A DNA stretch of 43,308 bases, from the NCBI GenBank assembly GCA_000934665.2, contig JYFJ02003339.1, positions 1-43,308 of the forward strand, read 5' to 3'. Below, piece after piece: positions 15,201 to 27,500 of this stretch (positions are counted from its first letter, which is position 1; each line of letters opens with the position of its first letter). This DNA comes from Catajapyx aquilonaris (Eukaryota). Both the position numbers and the translations under genes were made by a program. A model generated the notes under the pieces. The model was not told the origin of the DNA, ran no database searches, and saw nothing but the letters and a program-made list of their open reading frames with translations.

Positions 15201-15674
15201 CCAAATTGCGCGATTATATGGCCAATTACTGCAGAAAAACCTGCTCTAAAGGTGCGTTCAATGATTTGTTGCTATATAATTTTTATAATAATTTACATAA
15301 TGTGTGTGCATGTAACTTCCAGAGTTTTGTAAGGAGCCACAACTAGTCGTAAGGGAGTGTGATGACTGCGGGAACGAAGTCTCTTCGTCTGTAAGTACAC
15401 ATATTAGCTACTACTGAACGGAGCCATTGAGAATGTCCGTAATGTGGCTATATACCTTTGACCTGTTGCAGGACGACACAAAGAAAAAAAGAAAGAAGAC
15501 AGATCGAGAAACACCCAATCCTAATAGTGAGTGCAATCCGAATATTTCACTGCAAAAGTCTCTCTTCTCTTTTTATTTATCGTGCCAGGAAATGATTCGC
15601 CATCTCATCGGGCGAACGTCTTAACTTCAATTAGGCAACTACTCCAATTCACTCTGCGGGTAGCAGACACCTAA
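12292..15674 (+). pseudogene. Astacin-3xShK copy 2, probable recent pseudogene or null allele
   Basis: Full 15-exon structure with HELMHTLGFDHEHNRPDR (from 13339), SIMHY and three ShK domains. However, an in-frame TGA at 13640-13642 replaces the Trp (TGG) found in all five paralogs. Two GC donors at 12856 and 13680. Confidence 0.82.
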
Positions 15675-15948
15675 TTACACTATGAGAAGATCACATGCAA
15701 TGGTACATTTTGGATGGAAATCCATTGGCAGAGAATTAATCACTTGTTCCTCAATTGATTATGCTCTCAACAAAATGACCAAGATTGTAGTCTAAGTACT
15801 CTAATGTTTTTTACTCTACATAAATTTGTATCACTCCTGCATTACATAAATTTGTATCACTCCTGCATTACAGGGTTTGCGTTTATCCTAGAGGGAAATG
15901 ACCTGTAGTTTAGGCGAACCATGCCTAACCAGTGGTAATCCACAGCCA

Positions 15949-16138
15949 TATTAAGTCAATGTTGAATTACACATTGTGTATTATCACTGTTTGCACAATC
16001 GCTTGCAAGAACAGGTCTAAATATATAACCGACGTGATGGTAAGTACATTCAATATCAACGGTCGAGCGTTGCAAATTTGGCAATGGACCATTTTTGGGG
16101 CCTGGTGGTCATCTTTATTACAGTCAAATGTGCAAATG
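15949..16138 (+). pseudogene. 5' stub (promoter plus partial signal-peptide exon) of a deleted astacin paralog
   Basis: ATG at 16084 gives MDHFWGLVVIFITVKCAN, homologous to exon 1 of copies 3/4/6. It is preceded by the conserved promoter module and then joins abruptly to spacer sequence also found at about 23131 and 36005. Confidence 0.8.
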
Positions 16139-16350
16139 CAAAAAATGTAAGATATATACGTTTCAACTTCTGATGCTACAAGGATGATATGACTAACTCT
16201 TAAGTCCCATTTGATAACATACATTATACAAATACAAAAATTAAATAACAAACATATTTACGTATATTACGCCCTAAATTATGTTTCTTTGCGTACAGTA
16301 TTATGAAGATTTCAATATTTCAGACCTTTTATTTATAGATCATACTTTTA

Positions 16351-16405
16351 TTACGTCAGTCTTGAATTACGTGAGACGTACTGTACTATCACTGCTTACA
16401 CAATT
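16351..16405 (+). promoter_or_regulatory. Conserved astacin promoter module (TTACGTCA..TGAATTAC..TATCA..ACAAT)
   Basis: The same motif order occurs upstream of all copies: about 6381, 12167, 15951, 16351, 24361, 31010 and 36211. Confidence 0.65.
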
Positions 16406-16505
16406 GCCCCCAGAGAATAGGTCTATTCATACCACACATGTAAGTAAGATGTAAGCATACTCAGTAAGTGCAAGATATCAACAGCTGAGTTCTGTAAATT
16501 TTGCA

Positions 16506-19203
16506 ATGAACCTTTGGAGCCTGGTGGTCATTATTATTACAGCCAGATGTGCAAGTGGAATAATTACACTCAGGGATTTGGATATACCGGAAAATGAGGT
16601 ACGATCTCTATATGAAATATTTTCTTTAAAATCTGAACGTACGTAATGGATTTTCATTATCCTGTATATTATTATATACATATCAGCCGCAAAAATTTCT
16701 AATGATTTTCTCTCATTTAACACGTTATCATATTGTGGATAAGTTTCATCACATAATTAAGATTAATTATCATCAGTTTTGAAGAGCATTGCAATAAACT
16801 ACAGTATGTGTCCTAAAATGGACGTTTTATACGCACACACTATAAAGAAAATGTGCTCAAATTAGTTGAAAAGTGCGACTGTGAATGTAAACAATACGAT
16901 CAATAAAGTAATTGCGTAAATATCAATTGTAAATTTTACCGGTTCCAATGAATGTCTAGTATGGAGGTGAAATAGCCGGACCGCCGCTTAATATTGACGA
17001 CTGCACTCAAGAAAACGGAACACTGGATTCTTGTGAGTGACCGACTTATTATTATTCTTCATTTTCAGTAAAAATGCACACCAGATGTAAGAGACTTTGC
17101 GTTCTTTTGTTCTACATACAGCATTATTTTTGATCTGTTTCATTGCATATAAAATACTCTTCAGAGTAATCATAATTATGCTGATTTTTATCTGCACGTG
17201 CAGTGACACAAATAACCGTCGCACAGTAAATAAAGGGATCCAGTATATATTGCCCATTTAGAGCGCTTATTATAACTATAACTTATTAATTAGGCTAAAG
17301 CATGTGCCACATGACATTGAATTGCAGTATGTGCAGCCAAAAATAAAATCAGGTTAAGAACTTGACTAGAAAAAGAGTGGAGGGAGTAGAGGACAAAACA
17401 AGATTGGCAAATCACGTGAGCGTGATTAGAATATACCTTTTCTAATTCTTTCAAGTATGAAACTTTATGGGTAATTGTTAATAATAATTGTTAATAATTC
17501 ATACCCCGTTATCAGCCGGCGGCTCTTTAGGGGGGATATTTTTATTTTTGACTGGCCTATTAATTTAGGAAACAAGTCCGGAATTCTCCTGGAGGAACCG
17601 TGGGAAACCACAGAAAACCACGGTTAGAGTTGCCGGCACCGGGATTCGAACCCAGGACCTCCCGATTAGCAGTCGGATACCATATCCCCTCCGCCACCAC
17701 TGCTTCGGTACTTGGGTAATTTTCCCCTAAAGAAAGTAACATGGACGATGAAGTAGTCTAATTCAAATTTAATCGTACTAAATTTACAAAGTGTTACAAA
17801 AGATTACAGTAGAACCCCTATTATCCGTCACGGGACTGGGGCATTGGTCTCAAACTCTGAAGTAGACTTGTGCGGATGGAGTGAACCCGGAAAACCGGAA
17901 GTGGCGGGTCACCGGAAGTTGGCCATGACACCTATTTAGATCACGTTTAATCAGCATCCCGAAAACCGTTTGCCGCTATCTGTTGCGGTTGAGGCCCTGA
18001 TACCTGTCAAAAGATTTTTTCGATGATGATAAAAAGACTAAAAAGGGAGCAAGAGGCTGCACTATATTGATTCAAGGCAGGCCATGCCACAGTGGAAAAG
18101 GGGGTTAGTGCAGGCAGACCGTCGACACTTCTCGGACAGCTGTCATGGTGGGGACTTGATTATGGAAAATCGTCGAATCACATTCGATGAATTGGAACTT
18201 GACACCGGCCTAAGTCGGGCCACCCTGCATGTCATCATTCATGAGGATCTTGCTTTAAAAAAAGTGTGCGCGCATTGAGTTACGCGTGATCTCACCCTGC
18301 AGCAGAAAGAGGTGCGAGTCCAGAGGTGCCGAGAGTTACTGGAAGCTCGAGTTCGGTTACACTGTGTTGTCACACCCACCCTATTCCCTGGACCTGGCAC
18401 CTTCTGACTATGGACTTTTCGACGTTATGAAGGAACCCCTCCGTGGACAAAGATTTGCCTATGCAACTGAGCTCCAAGGAGCTGTCCATGACTGGGTGGT
18501 GAGGGCACCAAAAGAATGGTTCCGAGAGACGACCATGAAGTTGCCAGGAAGGTGGCAGCGGTGCATCGACCTCGGTGGAGAATACATTGAGGCAGACCAA
18601 GTGTGATTCAGCCTCTGCTGGTACATGTAGTGGCCAAAAAAAATCGAGTGCGGGTTATTTCCGAACGACCCTCGTATTTAATCGAAGCAAAATTTCCATT
18701 GATTTTGGGAAGCTGCACACACCTCTATGAATAAATATGGGTCAAATTATGTACTATACAGCATGAAGACATCATCTAAGAATATATTGGACCAAATAAT
18801 GGCATTGCCGGGCATTGCATTACAAAGTTTAAACATCTATATATGACCGGCTATTTAAATATTCTGGAGCACTGTGCGTCGGCCGTCGTTATAGCAATAC
18901 TAGAATGGAAACAAGCCATGCAAGGTTAAAATTCTGCAAAAAAACCATCTCATTTTCATTCATCCACTCCATCCCAGATCAGAAATGGTAATCCGAACTT
19001 GAAATAGACCTAGGGACATTTCTAATCTTTGGCGTGCGTGTTACCCACTGCGCCATTTGTCTTCCTTAATAATTAATGCCGTTTAATATTACACATTATC
19101 CTTGTAGTATACGAACTTGACGGAAACTATGACATCCCTCCAGACTTTGACTGGGATGACGACATCATAGAAGACTATTTGACAGTAAGAATACACCCTT
19201 TTC

Positions 19204-19270
<67 letters not shown>

Positions 19271-21533
19271 TACATGATCTGGATGTTGATGAGTTGTTCT
19301 TAATTCGAGACTGACGCGATCGACGCGATCGAACTAATGTTTCTACAGGTTAGAAATGCAGTTAAAGATTACCAGAAGGTATGGAGAGATGGAATAATTC
19401 CCTACGAAGTTCACGATAAATTTAGTAAGTCTGAATCAGACCTACAACAACAGAAAAATGTTACATTTAATGATAATAATCTATCCTTACTGCATTATGT
19501 GATTCTTACCTGCATCATTTTTCGACTATCTTCTGTGATTGAAGATGCTTACGAGCGTGGCTGGTTATGCCAGGCGATGGCGCAGTATCACAATAGAACA
19601 TGCATCCGATTCAAACCCAGGCCCCCCTATGAGCCGAATTATCTCTTCATACGAACAGGATTCGGAATGTAAATAATTTATTATTTCATTATATCGTGTC
19701 ACATGGTTCCGACAGAAACTTCTCATGGCATTGGTGTTATGGTCCTTGTCAGGTATTGTTCCAGCCAGGTCGGAAACCAGCGAAGTGGTCGTCAGTATAT
19801 TCATCTGCACACCGTATGTTTCGATCCAAGACGTGCGGGACGAACCATGGTTCATGAATTGATGCACACTGCAGGATTTACCCACGAGCAAAACCGACCA
19901 GACAGGGACCAATACGTAAAAATTAACTTTGACAACATCGGGGACGGTACGTACGGTAAAACATGTACCTGCAGACCTACAGGTGTTGCTGTAATATCTT
20001 GGAAATTAACTAATCAAGAGTGGAGGAAATCATTAAGATTTTGGTCTACCTGTGTTGCATTTAAAGGAGTGAACTTGACGTTACACTAGTTGCAAGACTA
20101 TCAGCACGTCGTAATAACAGTATGATTAATCACAAATCCATAATAAATATTTTCAGGGAAAGAAAATAACTTTCAGATTTGCGACTGGAGTGAATGCCAG
20201 GTACTCAACACATCATACGACTTCAGTAAGTGCCGCCCACATACGTACACATATAACTTATATTCCATCATTATTCACATTAATTGTCACCAGAGTTATG
20301 TGATAACATGTTAATATTGTAATTATTTCAATTAATAAATATTTCAGATTCTGTAATGCACTACGGTCCATATGCATTTGCCGTTGACAAAAATATTCCA
20401 ACGATAACAATTATTACACCAGGGGTGACATGGGGCCCTCAGGATAAATTTACACCGGTAAGCATGTCAGCACAAATGGTAAGTTACAGTAGTAGGCTTC
20501 AGTACCATACGTTTTGTGGAGTACTAGCTATACTCTACCTAGTCTACCATGTCTATGAATATTGGTGGTACAAAAAAAATTTTAAGCGAATAAGTACATA
20601 CAGATGTTGAAACTAACGTATAAGTCCAAGCCTCTTTCTTTTCCAGACTGATGTCTTGAAGCTGAATCGACTTTACGAATGTGATCCAAATTCACAGCCG
20701 CTGGCTGCAGATTCTATAGGTCTGGGAGGTTATCGAGTTATTTTTTTGTATGGCACAGCATTTTCGGTACTCTCATGTTAAAATCTATTCGAAGTGGCAA
20801 TGGTCCTGCCAGTTATTTATTGATGCAACTATAATACTAGCAATATTATTGTTCATTTTTGCAGGGTTTCTACTGAAGTGCAGAGATATGCACAGCAGAT
20901 GCAAAGAATATAAACAACGCGGATCCTGCGAGACAACTAGGGAAGGAATGTGGATGGGAATACTCTGTCGCAAAACCTGCGGATATTGTGGTAAGTTGCG
21001 TGTTTCATCTTCCAGAAATTTGTTTCATCAACGACATTAATTAGATTAACCAAAGGCTTGCATACAGTTTAATATTTAAAACCACAGTTTTACAATCGTG
21101 CAGAAACAATTTTGCTATTACACATAATTGCCAACTTGCTTCTTTTTCTTTACTTCTCATTTCAGTTCCTCCTTGCGAAAATCTCAACGACAAATGTATC
21201 CAATGGGCCCAAAACGGAGACTGCACAAGTAATTCTGATCTCATGGAGATTTTATGCCCCAAGATTTGCAATACTTGTGATAAAGGTAAGTTTCCAACGA
21301 TTAGGGAGTTTCTTTATGAGAAAGGAATTGAATTCTTGTCTTTGATCAGGAAAAATATCGTCTCTGAGTAGGCTACTATAAAGTTATTTATTATGATGAT
21401 TTCAATAATAGCATACAATAATAGTTGAGTGAAACTGTGATGCTGATTTAAGTAATTTTGCCCACTTCATCGTTATATCATGACAGTGTAAGAATCAATA
21501 ATAGGCTAGAATGATGATAGAAAATTCAAATCA

Positions 21534-21602
<69 letters not shown>

Positions 21603-22372
21603 TCATAATTTTCCAGACCTTCCATGCAAAATTGACATTGCCAACGACTGTCGACAGTCGGCATTGTTAGGTGGTTGCGACAGAATGCCTGACTTCATGT
21701 CCGTTTATTGCCGGAAGTCCTGCTCTGTCCGTAAGTACTACGAGTTAATTACTTCTACCACACAATATCTGTAATAATCATAATAATAAAAATAATGTGT
21801 ATTATTTATTGTGGAGAACTATTACTTCATTCCCAAACTGACTGTAGTGGAATTAACAGAGTTTTGATGGCAAAATGGCCCATTGAAACAATTGGTAACA
21901 GACGTGAATGATATGGTAGAATTCTTTTCCAAGATTAAGAACATAATTATGAATGTCACACAATCTAATATTAGCTGCTAATACTTTTGATAACAACGAG
22001 AATTAGTCTAGAAGCAACTGATTAATAAGAAGTCACTTAATTCTCTGGGCAAGCAGGCACCACGTGGCTTTTATAATTCAGGAAGGATAATAATAATCAT
22101 CATTACACCAGCTCATTCCTCTCTGTCTTTCAGAGTTTTGTGAAAGCATGCCATCAGACTCAACAGGGTGTAACGGGTGCCCAATGCAGCCTGCCATTCG
22201 ACTCTTTGGTATGCACACGAGCCTTATATGGATCGCAAATTAGAGCACCTGCTGGCTCTAATTTGATACCCAGAGCTCCAGAAGGTTCCTAATGTTCTAC
22301 TTTTGGTCCATTGCAGAAAGAGTCACCGCAAATCTCAAAAATTATGATAAAAGGGTTAGACACTACCACTAA
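16506..22372 (+). CDS. Astacin-3xShK metalloprotease copy 3 (14 exons, apparently intact)
   Basis: [56 protein letters not shown] from 19853; SVMHY; three ShK domains; CNGC tail; TAA at 22370-22372. All exons spliced in frame by eye; the exon 9 donor is a weak GTCTGG. Confidence 0.9.
17477..17712 (-). mobile_element. tRNA-derived SINE
   Basis: On the minus strand: GTGGTGGCGGAGGGG...GGGTTCGAATCCC...GGTTTTCTGTGGTTTCCC...ACGGGGTAT plus tail; direct repeat TGGGTAATT at 17468-17476 and 17713-17721. Confidence 0.82.
18100..18674 (+). mobile_element. Mariner transposon relic (internally deleted transposase plus right TIR)
   Basis: HTH-region peptide [28 protein letters not shown] is joined to the C-terminal [29 protein letters not shown] (mariner YSPDLAPxD motif). 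It ends ...CCGAACGACCCTCG-TA. The first two catalytic Asp regions are missing and no left TIR is seen. Confidence 0.9.
19204..19270. repeat. (AAT)n microsatellite in intron 3 of copy 3
   Basis: Visible; equivalent tracts at about 26846 ((GAT)n), 31856-31930 and 38633-38720. Confidence 0.95.
21536..21601. repeat. (TCA)n microsatellite before the ShK3 exon
   Basis: Visible; equivalent tracts at about 29260-29337 and 40942-40965. Confidence 0.95.
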
Positions 22373-22644
22373 TAATAAACCAATTGTAAGTAAAGTCCTA
22401 ACTGAAGAAAGTGTCTTCATCACATTTTGTTCAAGTCCTGCATGATTATTGTTATGTATTCGACAATGTAATATCTGCAATTATTTTGGATACGCATTCC
22501 AGTGCTTATTGTGTAATGATGCAACATGCTGAATAACATGCATCTTCAATAATATATTCTGACTTCGTATAATAAATACCAAAATCCCAGTCTACTTGCA
22601 AAAAATTTTATACCAGGAGACCCAATAGGTGATCCTGCTGCTGT

Positions 22645-22683
22645 AACTATGCTAAAAGGATGAGGGACGACTACTACTACTGA
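22645..22683 (+). pseudogene. 3' stub (last 12 codons plus stop) of a deleted copy-5-type astacin gene
   Basis: AACTATGCTAAAAGGATGAGGGACGACTACTACTACTGA matches the end of copy 5 (35526-35564), and the homology continues through the downstream spacer. Confidence 0.85.
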
Positions 22684-23295
22684 ATCCAAATGATGTGTAA
22701 TCTTATACGTATATGCCAACAACGGACTGTTTAGGCTACCTCCCATTTGTTCAAGTCCATCAGAATGATGGATTATTCGACAACCAATTTTTTTACGTAA
22801 CCATCTTTAAGGTATTCCAGCAGTGTCTGTGTTTTAATTCTGCATCCTGTGTAATATTCAACTTGAGTATTTCTGACTTTGGTGTTTCAACGTTTTCTTT
22901 GTAAAAACTCGGTAAATGACATAATTTAGCTGCACCGTTATTTTCGTCAGTTTAAAAACCGTACATATAGGATATAGTCTATGTATGAAACACGATGAAA
23001 CATCTGTTGCTGCAAATAATTAGTGTAATAATTTTATAATAAACCTAGTTGCAATATTTGAAGTATATAAGCCATGAGTTTTTATTAATTTCCTTCACCA
23101 CAGCCTGTATTTATTTCCCAAAGTAAATATCAAAAAATGTAAGATATATACGTTTCAACTTCTGATGCTACAAGGATGATATGACTAACTCTTCAGTCCC
23201 ATATGATAACATACATTATACAAATACAAAAATTAAATAACAAACATATTTACGTATATTAGGCCCTAAATTATTTCCCATTACGTACGATATTA

Positions 23296-23657
23296 AGGTA
23301 AAGTGGGGGAAGTGCACCCCTGTTTTGTAATAGATCACTTTAAATCATCTATCGCATCCCACCTGTTCCTTGTATCTGAATGAAATTTTGCCTGCAGTTA
23401 CTCCTGTCCATTACTAACACACTGTTAGAAGGAGTATGGTTCATAACGAAGTGCTTCCAAGGCAGCAACAATCATGCGGAACAATGCACCCGGGGGGTAA
23501 GTGCATCCCCCCCCCCATCCAATTCCTGCATGCAATTATATTTCTGCTGCGATGGGGGCAGTGCGTCATAATCAAAATCAGAGCTAAAACATGCCATTTA
23601 CAGAATGATGAAATCTCAATTTGTTCAGGAGATACGAACTTCATTGCGTATAACTGC

Positions 23658-23727
<70 letters not shown>

Positions 23728-24311
23728 CCTCCCCATTTTGACATTTGCTGCTTTGGAACACAGAAGGCTCAGAGTAAGCTAGTGCCAGTAAGTGTAACAT
23801 GTAAAGTAAATGTAGCGTAAGTGTAAAATGTAACATTCACACAGAAAATGAACTCAATTATTATGTGGTACATCATGAGTGCACTCACCCCAAGCAGCAG
23901 AGGTGCACTTGCCCCAGCCGTACATTTTCCGGGGGGAAGTGCATACCCCCCCGCCACATTCAATGATTGCCCACTTCCATCACTCATACTGTACATACAT
24001 ATAATACTGTTGAACGCCACCACAACTGTGTAGTAGGGACACTGGGTGATGGAAACTTACCGGAAAAACTCGCTCAGATGTTGCTGGAAGGTATCTCACA
24101 TCAGGAGTAGGCAGTGCAGAACTCGCGAAACAGCATGTGCTTCTGGACAAAAAGGGCAGGTAAACCAGCCCTCTTGTGCCAGATTACAAGACCATAGTAT
24201 TCACTAGTAGGACGACACATGGCTAACATGGCGCAGCAATACCTTTCACACATCCCCAGCTAGCAACCAGAGATGCACTTCCCCCGATTGTGCACTTCCC
24301 CCACTTAACCT
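23296..24311. mobile_element. ~1 kb non-autonomous DNA transposon with TIRs and TA target site
   Basis: TA-AGGTAAAGTGGGGGAAGTGCAC...GTGCACTTCCCCCACTTAACCT-TA; internal repeats of GGGGAAGTGCA; empty site (TATTATGAAG) in the paralogous spacers near 16300 and 36160. Contains (GTAA)n at 23658-23726. Confidence 0.9.
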
Positions 24312-24515
24312 TATGAAATTTTCAATATTTCAGACCTTTTATTTATAGACCATACTTTTATTACGTCAGTCTTGAATTACGTGAGAAGTACTGTACTATC
24401 ATTGCTTACACAATTGCCCACAGAGAATAGGTCTATTCATACCACACATGCAAGTAAGTTGTAAGCATACTCAGTAAGTGCAAGATATCAATAGCTGAGT
24501 TTTGTAAATTTTGCA

Positions 24516-27500
24516 ATGGACCATTGGAGCCTGGTGGTCATTATTATTACAGCCAGATGTGCACGTGGAATAATTACACTCAAGGATTTGGGTATAGAGG
24601 AAATTGACGTAAGATCTCTAAGTTATATTATGAAATATTTTCTTTAAAATCTGAACGTACGTATTTTCATTATCCTGTATATTATTATCTACATATCAGC
24701 TGCAGAAATTTCTAATGATTTTCTCACATTTAACACGTTATCGTATTGTGAATAAGTTTCATCATATAATTTAAGATTGAAGTTTTCAAGGGTATTGTAA
24801 TAAACTACAGTATGTGTCCTAAAACGGACGTTTTACGCACACGCTATAAAGAAAATGTGCTCAAATTAGTTGAAAAGTGCGACTGTGAATGTAACCAATA
24901 AGGTCAATAAGTAATTGCGTAAATATAATATTGTAAATTTCACTGGTTCTAATGACTGTCTCTTGGAATGTCTAGTATGGACGTGAAGTAGCCGGACCTC
25001 CGCTAAATATTGACGACTGCACTCGAGAAAACGGAACAAGACCTTGTGAGTGATCGACTTATTATTGTTCATCATTTTCAGTAAAAATGCACACCAGATG
25101 TTGGAGACTTTGCGTTCTTTTGTTCTACAACATTATTTTTTGATCTGTTTCATTGACATCTAAAATACTCTTCAGAGTAGTCATAATTATGCTGTTTTTA
25201 TCTGCACGCGATGCAGTGACACAAATAACAGTCGCACAGTGCTCCAGAATCTCAGAAAGTCCGGACATAATAATTAGAAAATGCATGTCCTGGGGTGTCC
25301 TGGGGTGTTCTGCTCATCGTAGCCTTAAATTCATTTTTAAAATGACACCTAATGACATCATTGCGCATGGCCTTGGTCTAAGTACAAAATGTCAAAGTAA
25401 TGTAAGTGATTCGATGCCCATTGCGCACTAATTGATATGCGACTTCATATGGTATGCCAGTATCTGATATTTATTCCTCACATACATAATACATATAGGT
25501 CACACATAATACATATAGGTCACACATAATACATATAGGTCCAATTATGCACTACACAGCATGAAGACATTATCTAAGAATATATTGGACCAAATAATGG
25601 CATTGATTTACAAAGTTTAAATATGTACTATTATTTACGTCCGGCTATTTAAATATTATGGAGCACTGTGCGTCGGCTTTCGCTATAGCAATCCTAGAAT
25701 GGAAACAAGCCATTCTAGGTTAAAATTCTGCAAAAAAAAAAATCTAATTTTCATTCAGCCTAACAATCATTTAAAATTTCTAATACCTGCAATTAAATTG
25801 GAGCATTCTCCATTCCTTTGTATGCATCATAAGTTCATAACGAAGTGCGAATGACCAAGATAACAGTGATACAATCTCACCTCGTTAACGGCGCTTTTTT
25901 ACTATTTGCACCATGTCACTGGAGGATCCATTGCAATGGCCGTACGAGATGACCAGGTGAACGTTCCTGGTCATCGCTGGCAATGACATTTTGGGAAAAT
26001 GCTGCGATTGATTGTGATTGTGAATGTGAATGTGAATGCACCGGGTTTCAAAAAAATGTTTATTTCGCATATTGAAGTTACTAATTTTTACGCACAATAT
26101 ATCCATATCTCGTTTCCTATTCATTTCAAGCATTTAAATAGGCTGGCCAAATCTCAACCACTCGACGGGGTGAAATTGTGGCACGGAAAATCATTTATAT
26201 CTCCCCTTCCTAAGTACAGAAAATTTATTTTTACGCATGATCTGAAAGATGAGATGTGCAGCAATGTTGTGTAAAAATATTCGTTCCGATATATCAATTA
26301 CTCTGGTTGCAATGAAAACCTCAAAGTGTGGCACAATCTCACCCCGTTTAACGGTACAGCCTTTCAATGGCAAAAGACAGGCAGGAAAGACATTGTCAGA
26401 GAGTTAAAAATTCCTCAACTTAGCAGTGGTTCCAACTTCAAATTTTCGATGACTGACAGTTCGAAATTTATATTACATTCCTATCTGCAAAAACCACTGT
26501 ATGGCCACACATTCTGTTGTCAGAAAATGACAATTTCATTTCATTCCCCCGAGTGGGGTAAGTAGTATATTGGAAATCCCACCCAAGGCGAAGGCGGAGA
26601 GATCATCCACTCTATCCCAGATCAGAAATGGTAATCCGAACTTGAAATAGACCTAGTGGGGACATTTCTAATCTTTGGCGTGCGTGTTACCCACTGCGCC
26701 ATTTTCTTCCTTAATTATGCCGTGTAATATTACACATTATCCTTGTAGTATACGAACTTGGCAAAAAGGCTGGCATCCCTCCTGACTTTGACTGGGATGA
26801 CGACATCATAGAAGACTATTTGACAGTAAGAATACACCCTTTTCAATGATGATGATGATGATGATGATGATAATAATATGCATGATCTGGATGTTGATGA
26901 GTTCCTAATTCGAGACTGACGCGATCATGATGCTAAATCACATCCTGCCATCTTGCTCGTAATATCGAACTAATATTTCTACAGGTTAGAAATGCAGTGA
27001 AAGATTACCGGAACGTGTGGCGAGATGGAATAATTCCCTATGAAGTTCACGATAAATTTAGTAAGTCTGAATCAGACCTACAACAGAAAAATATTACATT
27101 GAATGATAATCTATCCTTACTGCATTATGTGATTCTTACCTGCATCATTTTTCGATTATTTTCTATGACTGAAGCTGCTGACGAGCGTAGCTTGTTATGC
27201 CAGGCGATGGCGCTGTATCATAATAGAACTTGCATCCGATTCAAACCCAGGCCCCCCTATGAGCGGAATTATCTCTTCATACGAACAGGACCCGGAAAGT
27301 AAATGGTTCATTATTTTAATAATATATTATATCGTGTCATATGTTTCCGACCGAAACTTCTGGTCTCATGGTCCTTGTCAGGGTTTGTTCCAGCCAGGTC
27401 GGAAACCAGGGATGGGGTCGTCAGTATATTCATCTGCACTCCTTATGTTTCGGACCAGGACGTGCTGGACGAACCCTGGTTCATGAATTGATGCACACTG

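Larger units (their letters stand above)
17222..18876. mobile_element. Transib-like non-autonomous element, left end disrupted by nested insertions
   Basis: CGTCG-CACAGT....ATTCTGGAGCACTGTG-CGTCG, with a perfect 5-bp duplication at 17217-17221 and 18877-18881. It occupies the same intron position as the intact copy at 25235-25670. Confidence 0.75.

Noticed and set aside
22713..22904. 63-aa ORF repeated at 35590-35781
   Set aside because: It lies in the duplicated 3' flank of 5-type genes; recent duplication explains the conservation and there is no recognisable domain.
25481..25540. CRISPR-like repeats (also the 26-bp duplication near 15817-15871)
   Set aside because: Head-to-tail tandem repeats without spacers, in a eukaryotic context, with no cas genes.
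25235..25670. V(D)J-like somatic rearrangement of the astacin array via RSS motifs
   Set aside because: The heptamers face inward as TIRs with a target duplication, both spacers are 12 bp, the element is intronic and is absent from copy 6. This is a transposon, not a recombination locus.
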